A program made the position numbers and the translations under genes. This document shows, in pieces, positions 1 through 11,145 of a stretch of 64,000 bases of DNA. The DNA is from Ramazzottius varieornatus (Eukaryota; Animalia; Tardigrada). A model generated the notes under the pieces. That model was given only the letters and a program-made list of their open reading frames with translations. It was not told the origin of the DNA and did not search any database. The stretch covers positions 2,066,730-2,130,729 of the forward strand of contig BDGG01000007.1 of the NCBI GenBank assembly GCA_001949185.1. Direction: 5' to 3'. Position 1 is the stretch's first letter. The number at the start of each line of letters is the position of its first letter.

Positions 1-1823
1 TCGGTCAAGCCAAAGAGAAACAAGCCAAAAGAGGACGAGGGTCCACCGATTTCTGCTCTTTCCCAAAGTTCCACAGGAAATGGAATACTTGGTAGACCAA
101 ATTTCCGGCGGTCATCAGTTGACAGTAAAGGTAATTTAGATTTTCGATTCTATAATCATCCGCTTTATAACTATTCGATATATCGTTATTGAATTCGTTC
201 TTTGTTTTTCCACATTGCACCGAATATCCGACGGGAAGGACTGGACGAAGCGAAGGTCAATGCCTTCGAGGACATCAGCGAGCTGTCTTGGCCTGCCTTG
301 TTCAAGATTGTGGAGTTCGTCCAGAAGCTACCCGGATACGACACACTGACTCCCTCTGACCAGCACGTTTTGTTGAAGAACAGCTGCCTGGAAATCATGG
401 TAAGTGAAACACCAACATGAGAAACAGTCAAATTGGAGATGGTTCGCCCCTGATCAATATGAAAGCTCGGCCAACAAGCTCGACAAAATACCAGTTACCG
501 AGTGGCGCACGCATCCACCTAACAACAGTAACAACGTGCGCCACGTGGAAAAAACAACCTGGACAAGATTGTTTTTTCCCGAGGGGCGTCAAGTATCAGG
601 TAATAACAACAGAAATGTGCGCCCCTTGAGAGAACGACCTGGTCGAGTTGGTTCCCCGACTTTTCATAATTTTTAACCATTTTATTGCTTATCTTCCTTC
701 AGATTGTCCGGATGTGCTGGAGCCATTACGATTTACACTCTGATCGGTTCGTCTTGTCAGGAGGCCTCTACCTGACCCATATCCGATGTCATACCATCGG
801 CCTCGGGGATGTGGAGAAAAATCTCTTCAAGTTGGCAGAGAGGATAGCAGAAATGCGTCTGGATGCGACCTGTCAATGCATCCTGTGTGCCTTGTGCTTC
901 TTCCAGTCCGGTAAGTCTCAACTTCATGGCGTTACATACTTGGTAATTGCCATGTTGGCAAATAAACTGACGAATATTACTCTCTTCCAAAGTGGCGCAT
1001 GTTTCGTTGCTGGTGGCAAAACGTATGCGCCACCTGGGAAAACGATCATGTTCGAAGTAATTGCCAATTACCAGCCTTCCAATACTTTCTTCAGTCGTTT
1101 CGGCAGGTTTTACCTTTAACTTCTGCTTGAGATTCGCTTGTTGTAGATTATTCTGATGTGTGGGAGGACATCAAAGTTCAGTCTCTGCAGGAACCTCTCG
1201 TCGACCTCTTGAAGAGCCTCCTACCTCGCCTCCAGCCAACTCGGACAGAGCTCTTTTCGGAGCTGATTACGCAGACGCTCGTCGAGCTGCGATTTCTCTC
1301 TGATTGCTGTACGTGCGAACCAGCTTTAAGTCTTGTGGACAATATCGCAGTGGTTTGTGAAATGAAATGCGAGACCGCTGCCTCAAGTGGTGCACGTTTT
1401 CATTATCGTTCGCTGGTTGCGTGCGCCACTGGGAAATTCAGCAAGAGTACTTTCCCAAGTGGCGCACGCTCCCGGTGAACAACAACGGAAGCCTGCGCCA
1501 CTTAGGGAAAGAAAGTGAACAAGATCGTTGCCGCAAATGGCGCATCCTTCCAGCCAGTTACAATGGAAATGTACGCCACTTGAACTCTCGAACTTGTACG
1601 TGTTTTTTGCCGACCTGTCAAAGAAGTTTAGATTTTTTGTGCATGGTCCAGTCTGATCTTATTGGGGCTGTATTTTTCAGGTCGAGAAAAGATTCGGTGC
1701 GGCGAACAGCCAGCTGCCGACACGCTGAAAGAGCTCTTCTGTTCTTGGCCACAGTTCATGGAGGCAGCGCCCACGCCGCATGCCAAGCTGGCCCCGTCGC
1801 CGTTCGTGCAGTATCCGGCATAG
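1..1823 (+). CDS. Nuclear hormone receptor, 3' part (hinge + ligand-binding domain), RAR (NR1B)-like; 5' end lies outside the window
   Basis: Spliced exons ~1-130, ~239-399, 703-910, 1147-1308, 1681-1823 with GT/AG ends. They encode SELSWPALFKIVEFVQKLPGYDTLTPSDQHVLLKNSCLEIMIVRMC (NR LBD signature), VQSLQEPLVDLLK and an AF-2-like LKELF; TAG at 1821-1823. The first two exon boundaries are less certain. Confidence 0.88.
501..628. repeat. Two tandem units of the AAGTGGCGCA-N27-TGCGCCACTT palindromic element (nuclear receptor intron)
   Basis: agtggcgca(501)-27 nt-tgcgccacg; aggggcgtc(582)-27 nt-tgcgcccct. Confidence 0.85.
990..1047. repeat. Palindromic element unit (nuclear receptor intron)
   Basis: aagtggcgca-26 nt-tgcgccacctgggaaaacgatc. 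Confidence 0.8.
1384..1582. repeat. Three tandem palindromic element units (nuclear receptor intron)
   Basis: Left arms at 1384, 1456, 1534, each followed by a 27-nt spacer and the inverted arm. Confidence 0.88.
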
Positions 1824-2522
1824 CCATCATTTGGGGACACTGTCCAGCCCTCTTTCCAGACGCAAATCAACGAAGGCTTTTATAGCCCTTCAGCCTACGG
1901 GGCCATATCGTCGTGGACGTGTCCGGTGCCGCAGCCCAATAACCCGGCAAAATATCCAGCACTACCATCTTTTGATTCGTACTTGACGTAGACAAATTCC
2001 ACTGATGCCTAACTAGTCTGTCTGATTGCTGGCCACCTCTGACAGCTTTTACGGCTTGTTCGACGAGGTTCTTGAACGTCTCAGGTGACATACTGACTCG
2101 CCTCTTTAGAAAGTTTCCAATTTGTGCTTGTGCAAATCCTACTGGGCAACCAGCGGACCTTTGGTCTGATGTGCTCGTTCACGCTTAGACGATGTGCTGA
2201 AAATCTGGATTGGACAACATTTGAAACTAGGTCTGGAAGGTTGCACGACGCTCAATTGCGACAGATGATTTTCGCATAGCCAGCACAAGACCAGTGAACA
2301 TGTTCTGTCAGGAATCGGAAGAGGGCTGGCAGTCCTTCCGGCCTCCATTGCACGAGAGAGCCAATTGAGACAGGTTATCGTCCTGCAGGTCTTGGTGTGC
2401 ATGGCTTCAGTAGTTGGTGTGGACCTTGTCGATGAGCCTTGCTCATAGCAATGAGGAAGACCTGCCACGAAAACGAACGGCCAAGTGACATTTGAGGCAA
2501 CTGGAAGCGGAATAAGACTTAG

Positions 2523-3467
2523 CGAGTGGACGGCGTTTCCGCCGCTGTACTAGAACGTCATCCAGAAATAGACCATAGGCTTGCGCGCCATAATGGCGGG
2601 GAAGGAGCGTGTCAGCACGGGGTAACAGAGGAAGAAGAAGCAGTAAGGTAGGAAGGAGAAGAACAAGAGAATGGACATGATCAGCTTCGGCCAATGGCTT
2701 CGCTCTTGCCCTTGGCCTGCGGCGGCCGTCGACCTCGACGACTCCGTTGGTTGTATGAAGGTTCTCCTCGCTGGCTACCAGCCTCCGTACATGATCGCAA
2801 CGTACAAGAAGCCGCTGACAGATAGAGGAACATAAATGCCCAAGGAGATCTGGACCATGCGGTAGTCCAGCTGTCCGGCTCGGATCAAGGCCGCTGTACA
2901 TGCGCCCCACACTTGATCGACACCGTAATGTCCAGTGCCACCGCCGAACTCCATGGGCAGGTTAATAATAAAACTGCTGACCCAGATGAAGGCAATGAAG
3001 GCAGCAATCCATTTGGGCTGGGATAAGCGACGATAATGCAAGGGGATGGCCATCAAGCGGTTGACGGCCAGGATGACAATATTGAAGTAGAGAGCAATGT
3101 TGAGCAGAGTGAAGAAGAACTGGTAGATTTGGCAGGTAAGGTGCGATTTCAGATGGACCATCCAAAAGGTGATGTGGATGGGAATAGCCAAGAGGCCCAT
3201 GGTGGCTTGGACCAGCATCATGTGGGCAATCAAGATGGCCGTCCCGCTTCGCAGGCTTTGCCTGGTGCAGATGGTCAGCAAGCAGAGGAAGTTGAATGCG
3301 CCGATGGACAAGGCCAGTAGGAGGTTCAGCGGGTAGCAGACGGCCAGCCGCCATTGATAGGCAGACCACAAGATCATCTGCCTCAGCCAGCTACAATTGA
3401 AGAGGCTCGTCAGGTTGAGGAACGAGGAAGAATTCATGCTGTCCAACGTAGAGTTTACAATGCGCAT
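2523..3467 (-). pseudogene. Class A (rhodopsin-like) GPCR, disrupted
   Basis: ORF 2775-3467 has TM1-5 (FNFL, LAVNRLMAI as a DRY-equivalent, IW..P, YVP). The same frame continues past TAG 2775-2777 into TM6 (FFFLCYP) and TM7 (YFWMTF*YSGGNAVHS), with a second TAG at 2550-2552. Confidence 0.75.
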
Positions 3468-4099
3468 TATGTGGCGACCGCGCTGGGAAGGAAAGGTATC
3501 ATATATAGAGGAATGTCCTAACTCAGCAGTCTAAACCATCCCTGATTGTGACAGGGAGCACAACTAACGTAGATAATTATGTGTTGATCGAGGTAGTTAC
3601 CAAGCTGGAACAAGGTTAGTGCCGGTTGAGCAGATTAGCGACGACTTCCGGCAAGGCGACTCTGCGCCACCTCTTCCCTGTGCCGACTCAAACGGAATCT
3701 AAGTGGCCCGCTTAATCAGACATAATTGCCCTGTGTTTTATGCTTGACCAAGGATGAGACGAAGCCCCAGCTAATCAGCGGCGACATATCAGCCTAATAA
3801 GATCAGCAGCTTCGCTGGGTGTCAAGTTGATGCTAACCGAGACAATTCACCTATGTAAGCTTCCGTAAGGCCATCTTTTTTTACGTTGAAAAAGTTACCA
3901 AGTTTTGGTCGGTTTCTCGTCGTCCTCCGCGAGATTATCGCCCGGGATGGTTTTTCTCTCCATATACCAAAGTGCTCGTATTGATAAGAAGGGAGCATTC
4001 TGCCTTGCTAATTTGTCGAGCCATCGAGGCCGTGCATTTCATCGACACAATCTCCGGGCAGTTTCACGGGCAGATATCGATGGGACATCGGCATAATAT

Positions 4100-4172
4100 G
4101 GTTTCGTCGAGTGGCGCCGCGCTCTTGAACTGCTGTTGCCAGACAGCGTGCGCCACTTGAGGAAAACGATCT
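4100..4172. repeat. Palindromic element unit (intergenic, ~30-nt spacer variant)
   Basis: gagtggcgcc...tgcgccacttgaggaaaacgatctg. Confidence 0.65.
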
Positions 4173-4319
4173 GGGCGACGTTTCGGACCAGCACTGACAT
4201 TTTTTCATCTACAAGACAGCACATTCAAGAGTCTCAAAAGACTTCTCACCATGTCATCGCAAGCAGATTGAGAAGATGTGGTATGTTGGCTGGTCCGAAT
4301 GCAGAGGCGGCTGGAGCTA

Positions 4320-4430
4320 TCAAAAAGGTCCGCAATTTGGCCCTTTTTCCACGAAGTTGCCCGGCACAACCCTGACCGAAATTTCATGAAAATTTCGTAG
4401 GAAAAGAGCCAAATTGCGGACCTTTTTTGA
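4320..4430. mobile_element. Small TA-flanked MITE
   Basis: tcaaaaaggtccgcaatttggccctttt... and ...gaaaagagccaaattgcggaccttttttga are inverted copies, with TA on both sides. Confidence 0.7.
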
Positions 4431-4460
4431 TATTAATACTTTCAGCCGCATCTGCATCTG

Positions 4461-4591
4461 TCTAACTGCGATGTGTCGTATCGGTGACGGATGTGCTCAG
4501 ACAGCACTACTGTCGACCAAGCGTCCTTCCGTTGGGTCTCGAAAGCAGCCGACTGGGCTGGATCTTCATGGGTCGACCAGGACATGCATGT
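4461..4591 (+). pseudogene. Degenerate duplicated exon fragment of the JmjC/cupin gene at 39573-41063
   Basis: Reads SNCDVS[5-nt insertion]VTDVLRQHYCRPSVLPLGLESSRLGWIFMGRPG..MH versus SNCDVSVADVLRQHYSRPTFLPLGSQSSRLDWIFMGRPGYGANMH in the intact gene. Confidence 0.85.
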
Positions 4592-5139
4592 GCACCGTAC
4601 GGCACAAAAACCAAGCTCTGGCAACACTGAAGCGAGCTGAACTGTACAATCTAAGTTTAATTCACTTCGTACAGACTGATTTTCCATGAACTAGGAAGCT
4701 CGTTGACCACGAAAACATCGATCAAAGAGTGAAACTTACACTCGACGGGCCAAATGTACAGAAAGCATGTTAGGCAATCTTTGGCCACTGTTTGTAGCCG
4801 ACTCTGGAACCGGCGAAAATTCTGTCCCTCAGCCAAAACCATACGTCCGTTCAACTTACTGAAGAACTCTCGACAAGCCGACCAACCCACACTGTCCACA
4901 CACCCGAAGATGTCTTCCAGCGTCACATCGAGAATGTCCGCTATGGTGGCCGAAGCCACTTCCGCCGGCTGTCCCAGCATTCCTCCAGTCCACTCTTTCC
5001 GCTTCTGTCTTGCCTTTGGCCAATGGCGATCTACCGTACGTCCCCATCCATTTCTCCGCTTCTGGTTGAAGAAGACCTGTCAAAACGTATAGAGAGGTGC
5101 AATACTATGCTGATACCAACGAGAACATGGGCTCTGTCG

Positions 5140-5335
5140 GAGGATAAGAACGAACTCAAAAGACTCAAAACTGGACGTTGGGCTAAACGGAAGCACAATC
5201 AACGATGTGCGCAATCGAGCGTAAGACAACGTGAATCACAGCGGAGCCGTCGATGGCAGGCATGACAGCGGCAGTGCTGCGGACAGGCGGAACGTGACGG
5301 ATCAGCTGGTGTGTCTTGATTGTTGATTGAATGGA
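5140..5335 (-). repeat. Dispersed ~200-bp repeat, copy 1 (related copies ~17420-17600 and ~38340-38470 in the opposite orientation)
   Basis: ggagccgtcg...gacggatcagctggtgtgtcttgattgttgattg is the reverse complement of aatcaacaatcaagtcacactagctgatccgt...cgacggctcc at 17425-17510. Confidence 0.7.
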
Positions 5336-5468
5336 CGCTCCTGCACTGAACGAGCATTGAGCCACATTGAGCATTCTCTGTCTTCCTCGATTTTGTTTCT
5401 CCGGACTCCTTCGACTGCAGGCCACCTGTATTGTCTCCCTTTGTCCTACTGTACACGAGGGAGTGAAC

Positions 5469-6067
5469 ATGGCTTCTCGGAAGATACCTAGACTCTTTGT
5501 CGGAAACGTCGCATGGACCGTAAGCAAAAGTAAGTGCACTGCGCAAACTGGCCAGATTATACAATGATGAAATGACTTCCGGTCGACTGGAAGCCTCTGG
5601 TTTACGTCCACCGCAACTTCTATTCCCATCCAACTAATTTCTGTCGTTGCAGAAGAACTGAGAGATTACTTTTCACAGTACGGACAAGTTTCAATGGCCA
5701 ACGTCTTTTTCGTAAGTCCTTTTCCCTCTCTGCTGAAAATTCATCATCTTTCCATCTTTCTATTTTGCCTGGACATCAGTTTCTAATTCTTCTTGCAGGA
5801 TCGGAATACTGGACTCAGCCGGAACTTTGGCTTTGTGCAGTTTGCTAGTCGAGAGGGCTATCTGAATTCATCCAAACAAGCCGACCATTTTCTGGAAGGC
5901 AACCGCGTAAGCATCCTTGCAGGAACAAGCCAACATGTATTCGTCAAGGCAGGTGTTTTATATTCCTTATTTTATTCCAGATGATCGTAGCTGATGTAAA
6001 TTCGACACACGAAGATTCTACCGAAAGAAGGCCTCAACAAAAATATCAACAGCCGCAGCAGAACTGA
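5469..6067 (+). CDS. SLIRP: Small single-RRM protein, SLIRP-like
   Basis: Exons 5469-5529, 5653-5711, 5799-5906, 5981-6067 encode MASRKIPRLFVGNVAWTVSKKELRDYFSQYGQV...DRNTGLSRNFGFVQF (RNP2/RNP1). Confidence 0.8.
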
Positions 6068-6193
6068 TCGTAGAATGTCCAATAATACTTTTTTGTTGGG
6101 ATTTGCAGTGTTTATTTATGGACAAAATTAGAACAGGAAAATAAATTTCTGTCAGATTGTTTCGGGTTTCAGCCATTGTGCTTGAGCTTTTGT

Positions 6194-7232
6194 TCAGTTG
6201 TTCTGTACATGTTTATCGCTGTTCTCTTTCTCGAGCAACTGCTGAATGCGAGCTGTAATTTGGTAAAGAATCTTTGTAGCGTCTTGGTAGTGCGGTGCGG
6301 TGGCTTCCCGAACGCGTTCCCTCCAGCCTTGCAGGCTGCTGTGGCCGACCAGCGGATCGTAAGCGCTGGAAAGCACTTGCTCAATCTCCACCACAGCTTG
6401 TAGGTCGGCAATGCTGATCCGATCGCCCAGGAAGAACTTGCAGTCTTGCAAGAAGTAGGAAGCGATGCTGGCCACCGTCTTCTCGATCCCCTTCCGGTAC
6501 TTCTCTACCTGATCATCATTCACAGGATGCTTATTCACTACTGGGCGTAAAATCTGTGAAAAGACGGGAAAGATCGCAATATTCAGCCCGTGAGCCCGTT
6601 AAGAATTTTGATTGACAAAAAACAAAGAATCCTCCGCTACAAAAGACAAATATTGCCGAGACCTGGGGTTCGAACCCACGACCATCATAGTTCCATGCAG
6701 TAATGACTAGCAGTTTCCCCGCCAATTATGGTACGCGATGCCCTACATTTCCGCAGCAAGTGGCAAATAAAATTCCTCCTCACTTTGTGCTGGAAATACA
6801 TCATGAAATTCAGCCGTGTGTGGAGATGATGCCAGTCCAGGTATTCGTCCACCTTAGCCCGTTGCTGGTTGTTTTTGGGATACCAGTGCTGCGACTGCGG
6901 CGAGAGATACTGATTGGAGAGGTATTTGAGGATGGCCGAGCTGCAAAGGAACAATACAGCTAGGAGCTTTCGTGTGTCATCTCGTTGGGTTTTTACGGAC
7001 AGAAAATAGTAGAAAAATTAAAGGATGCTTACCTTTCGGTCAGTTTGAAGCCGTGATCATCGATGGCCGGGACATGACGGAATGGGTTTATCTTGGCGAA
7101 GGCTTCCTGATGCTGCTCTTGCTTGCGCAGTGCGACCGGCTGCTCGCTGAAGGGAATACTGTTGCAACGTAAGAAGATGTACACTGCTCGTGATGGCTGG
7201 GACATCAAGTCGTAGTACACCTTTAACGCCAT
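6194..7232 (-). CDS. Glutathione S-transferase theta class
   Basis: 3 exons; MALKVYYDLMSQPSRAVYIF, INPFRHVPAIDDHGFKLTES, RAKVDEYLDWHH, FFLGDRISIADL. Confidence 0.93.
6654..6742 (-). pseudogene. tRNA-like / tRNA-derived SINE head within the GST intron
   Basis: Minus strand has an A-box-like TACCATAATTGG and a T-arm/B-box GGTCGTGGGTTCGAACCCCA. No convincing acceptor or anticodon stems. Confidence 0.35.
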
Positions 7233-8426
7233 ACGGTTTTCTTTTTCCAGGATCTTGATGGAAGGAAGCAAACTGGAACACGGAAATCAACCTTCTAGCG
7301 AAGCAAAGTGTCCTTTCCGGTTTGTTGTCATATGGCGAGACGTTGTGGACAAACTGAAACACATCCGGCTGGTGAACAGCTGATGGTGGGCGGAGACGTC
7401 AACTTCTACTACCGCTGACGTCACTTCGGCTGCCATTGGGCTCCTACAGCGGCGCCACCGTCGTTGTAAAATGTAAATCAAATAATTATTTTATATTAAT
7501 GGCGAGGTTAGAATTTAGTCATAATTGTCGTAATGTAGAGGATCGAATAGAACTTATCACGACCGAATGCCATCTGACATAACTCAGCGGTGGGCCATTT
7601 TCATCACTGGACAATTTATTTAGGCAAAGCAGCTGAGTTTGATCCAAGAGAGCTGACTGGATTGTGATCAATCGCAATTCTGAACTTTCAACCTGTTTTG
7701 TTTTTCTTGCAGGCATCCAGCGCAAGGCGATGTCACGTTAGAGTGATGACTAGAGCAGTTTGACAAAGAAGCCTTCTCTCATGGCGCGTTCGTATTGTGT
7801 GGTTTGGCTGGACGAACCCAAATGAAGGTCCTGACGGAGAAGCAATCACATGGCCGCCAGGCTCCAGCCCTATCAGGTCCTCTAATCGGCTAATCTGCCA
7901 GCGGGATAGTTCCGGCCATGGACAGCAAAGTCGAAGCATGCAACTGGCAACCGTGAACAGCGCAACAGAGAAAGCGCGATGTAAGCAGTAATAACTCTCC
8001 CATCAATATTGTTCTTTTTGTTGTGGTACTCAACGAAGCATGGTTCCTTTCATTATCTTATCCACCACTGTAACTTTATCATAGCCTAGGCCTATTTCTC
8101 CACAGTTGGGCCTAGTCTTCCACCTCTGTAAATTGGACAGCCATGTTTCATCCAGGCCCAAGGTTTGGCAGTGTGCGTACCTGTTCGTTTCACGGCTTGA
8201 ACAATGGCTGACTGCAACATTGCCTCCAGCCTGACCGGCAGCGGTAAGCAAGAAAGCCTGCAGCCTCTCAGATACAGCCATCGTTCCACCGTCCTGTTTT
8301 ATGACAGGCTTCCTTCTGTTGGTCGTTGCTGCAAGCGGTAGTGAGAGACTGACTGTCCACCGTTTCTTAGGCTGCTCATCGAGATCGTTGTTGGCCGCAG
8401 CGGAAGTCGGCTGCTGCTGCCTGACC

Positions 8427-10502
8427 ATGCATCGCTTCGTCAAGTACATCCTGGATGGCTTGATGAACATCCTGGTCTTGGCGCCCTTGGTAGTAACCTA
8501 TTGGCGCGGCACCTTTCACGTCCTGGACATTTACTTGCTACCCGATCCGGCCTTGCGAGTGGCAAGCCACTGGCTGTCCATCGCTGTCGCCGTCGTCGGC
8601 CTCCTCATCTTCGGCTATCTGCAGGACTGGATGCGCCAGCGCGTCAACGCCACAAAGTCGCCCATTAGCGAGATTATGCTCAAGAGAATTTATTGCTACT
8701 TTTTCGGCTTGATGTGTGTTAACCACTGGCGCGGTACAGTACCATCAATTCCCCCTCTGTCTCTTTCCTTAAATGGAAGGCCGGCAAAGGCAACGTGGAA
8801 GAACAATCTGTCAAGTGGCGCACCCTCCTAGCCAGTCACAGTGAATACGTGCGCCACTTGTGATGATAGTTTGGCGCGCGTTGCCTTCTGCGCTTCCTGG
8901 GTTGCCAACCATCGGTAAGGGGAGAGCTAGTTTGTTCAGCAGGGGTATGGGTGTAGGTGTGTGGGGTTTGTGGGACATTTACACGGGTTACACTTTGGCC
9001 AGCGGCTTGTACAGTTTCGGCAGTGGTGTGGCCATTCTTCTGATGACCCGAGGCTTCTGCAATACCCTGTCGCCTCCCCTCATCGCCGCCTGCGATCTCA
9101 ACGACGACTTTTTCCAAATCACCACACGCTTTCAAGTGCCCGTAAGTCACCTCCTTCTTGCCTTAACACGTCCAGGCGCTTTTTCTTTGGCCAATGTTGA
9201 AAGAAAAAAAGGCTTGATGCAGCGGCATTTAGTCTTTCCTGTCCTTGACAGCGCTCAGTGACATGTCTATACCTGCTGGACAGCCTTTTCTCCATTGTGG
9301 TCATGGGTTCGGCAGTGGTGGGCGTGGTCCGCGGTTTCTGGTACATCTTGGACAATGTGCACGAGCAGAGCATCTTCTCCTACATGCTGTCGCTGCTGGC
9401 CGCCGTCCTCCTGATGATCATCACCCTCTTCCTGCAGAAGCCGGCCTCCATCGTCTCAGCCAAGCTGGAAGGCAGCGGTCATTGGTGGCTGAAGATTATC
9501 TTTGAGGACTGCTACATGGTGCTGGGCATGATGACGGGCATTAATGCATGGAGAGCTGTCTGGGGCATTTGGGACCTCTATGTCTACCCGCAGGACCGAG
9601 TTCTCAGTGCCTGGATCGGACATGTGGTGGGACAGTTGGGCCTCATGCTCATGTACCATGCCAGCTCGGCCCTGGTCAAGGGCATTTCCGTCGATGGCGC
9701 AGCACCCGCTGGCCAAGGATGCTTCTTACCCTCCAACAGCCTGGTCATGTTCCAGCAAGAAGGACGGGTACGTCACGCCATACCTGGCCGAGCTCCAAAG
9801 AGTCCTTTGTCCAAGTGGCGCAGCCTATTGGCTAATAACACCGGCAATGTGTGCCACTTGGACAAAACACTCCTGCGCCACTACGAACAAGTGGCGCATC
9901 CTATCGGCTAGTAAAACTTGTCTTGTGCGCCATTTGGGAAAACACTCCTGCGCCACTTCTTCGAAGAGGCGCAGGCTTCCAGGCAACGATACTTGTAATG
10001 TGCGCCTCTTTGCAAAACCGTCTTGTCAAGTTTGTTTGATAACGTACCAATCTGACTAGAAATCCTTTGGCGGGTGAGGAATCCGGCGCATTTTTTATGT
10101 TTGTGTCGAAGGAAGGGGCTGAGGGAAAAGATGCTTAATTCGGTGCGGAGAATGAGAAATCATTTTTGGGATTTTTGAGGGATACTTGTGCTGCTTTTGT
10201 AGAGAATGCGGAACCTGCATGAGCGGGCCAAGGAAATTCAGCGAAGGTCAATAGCCACAGCTGCGGTGGAAGAAGGGGACGATCTGATGGGCAAGGGGGT
10301 GCCACAGATGGAGGCCATCGACAAGGATAGCGTCGTCCATGTGAAGACAGCGCCTGTGGCACCAACCGATTGCGACGACTACTCGGTGTCGGGAAAGCTG
10401 CAGTCCAACCTCCAGCGCTATTATGGCGACACCCTCGGTGGTCAGAGCGAGAAGCGGCAGTCCCTCGTAGGCTCCGCAGACGAACCTCCTCCAAAGACAT
10501 AA
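8427..10502 (+). CDS. fusl: Fuseless-family multi-pass membrane protein
   Basis: Exons 8427-8733, 8957-9140, 9252-9767, 10203-10502; repeated YWRGTF / VNHWRGVW / NAWRAVWGIWD motifs between hydrophobic helices. Confidence 0.82.
8812..8860. repeat. Palindromic element unit (fuseless intron 1)
   Basis: caagtggcgca-27 nt-tgcgccacttg, perfect arms. Confidence 0.9.
9812..10010. repeat. Three tandem palindromic element units, period 75-76 bp (fuseless intron 3)
   Basis: Arms at 9812, 9888, 9963; all spacers 27 nt. Confidence 0.9.
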
Positions 10503-11145
10503 CCATTGTTACATTTTGCCACATTTGCCCTTTTCTTTGTTGTTTTGCCAGAGAGACGCTTATCTGGTCCGCTTTGACTTCTTGATGCTCTTGCACCTTG
10601 TCACTTTTGTCTGGTCAGCTGTCAGGAAGATGACTGGTTGGTAGTCAGGGGCATATGCAGAAAGCGGGAGGCAGGGAGAGGGGGCGGGGCCGGACAGCAG
10701 TACAAGTCACATGCGGACCAAAGCCTAATACTTTCTTTTGTCTTGCCCAATAATTGGCCGGCAATTCCGGTGCGCCCGTCTTCTTCCCGCGGGCAAGGAT
10801 AGGTCATAAGTGGTCATTCTTCTTTGAGTTATTCGGGCTTTCTCGGCTGAATAGTCAATACCTAGAGACAAGCCTCTTCGGCACACAAAGGAATATATTG
10901 GTACGTACTGTTCACAGCCAGTTAAAGTACATCAATCATCAAGACGCCTCAGCTCATAGAGTGGTATTCTTCAACACCTTACAAGTCTTCCTTCTGGCTA
11001 GCAAATCTGACGAGGATTGACCGACGATGACCACTCGGTGAAACACAGAGCCATCGTTTCCATCTTGATCAACTATTGACTGTCTTACATTCTCAGATTT
11101 ACATCGAGATTTCAGCGCGGAATTTCTACTGTGTTACGGGGAAAA

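Noticed and set aside
9812-10010. CRISPR-like repeat-spacer appearance of the palindrome arrays
   Set aside because: Eukaryotic intronic context, only 2-3 units per array, spacers are related to each other, and there are no cas genes.
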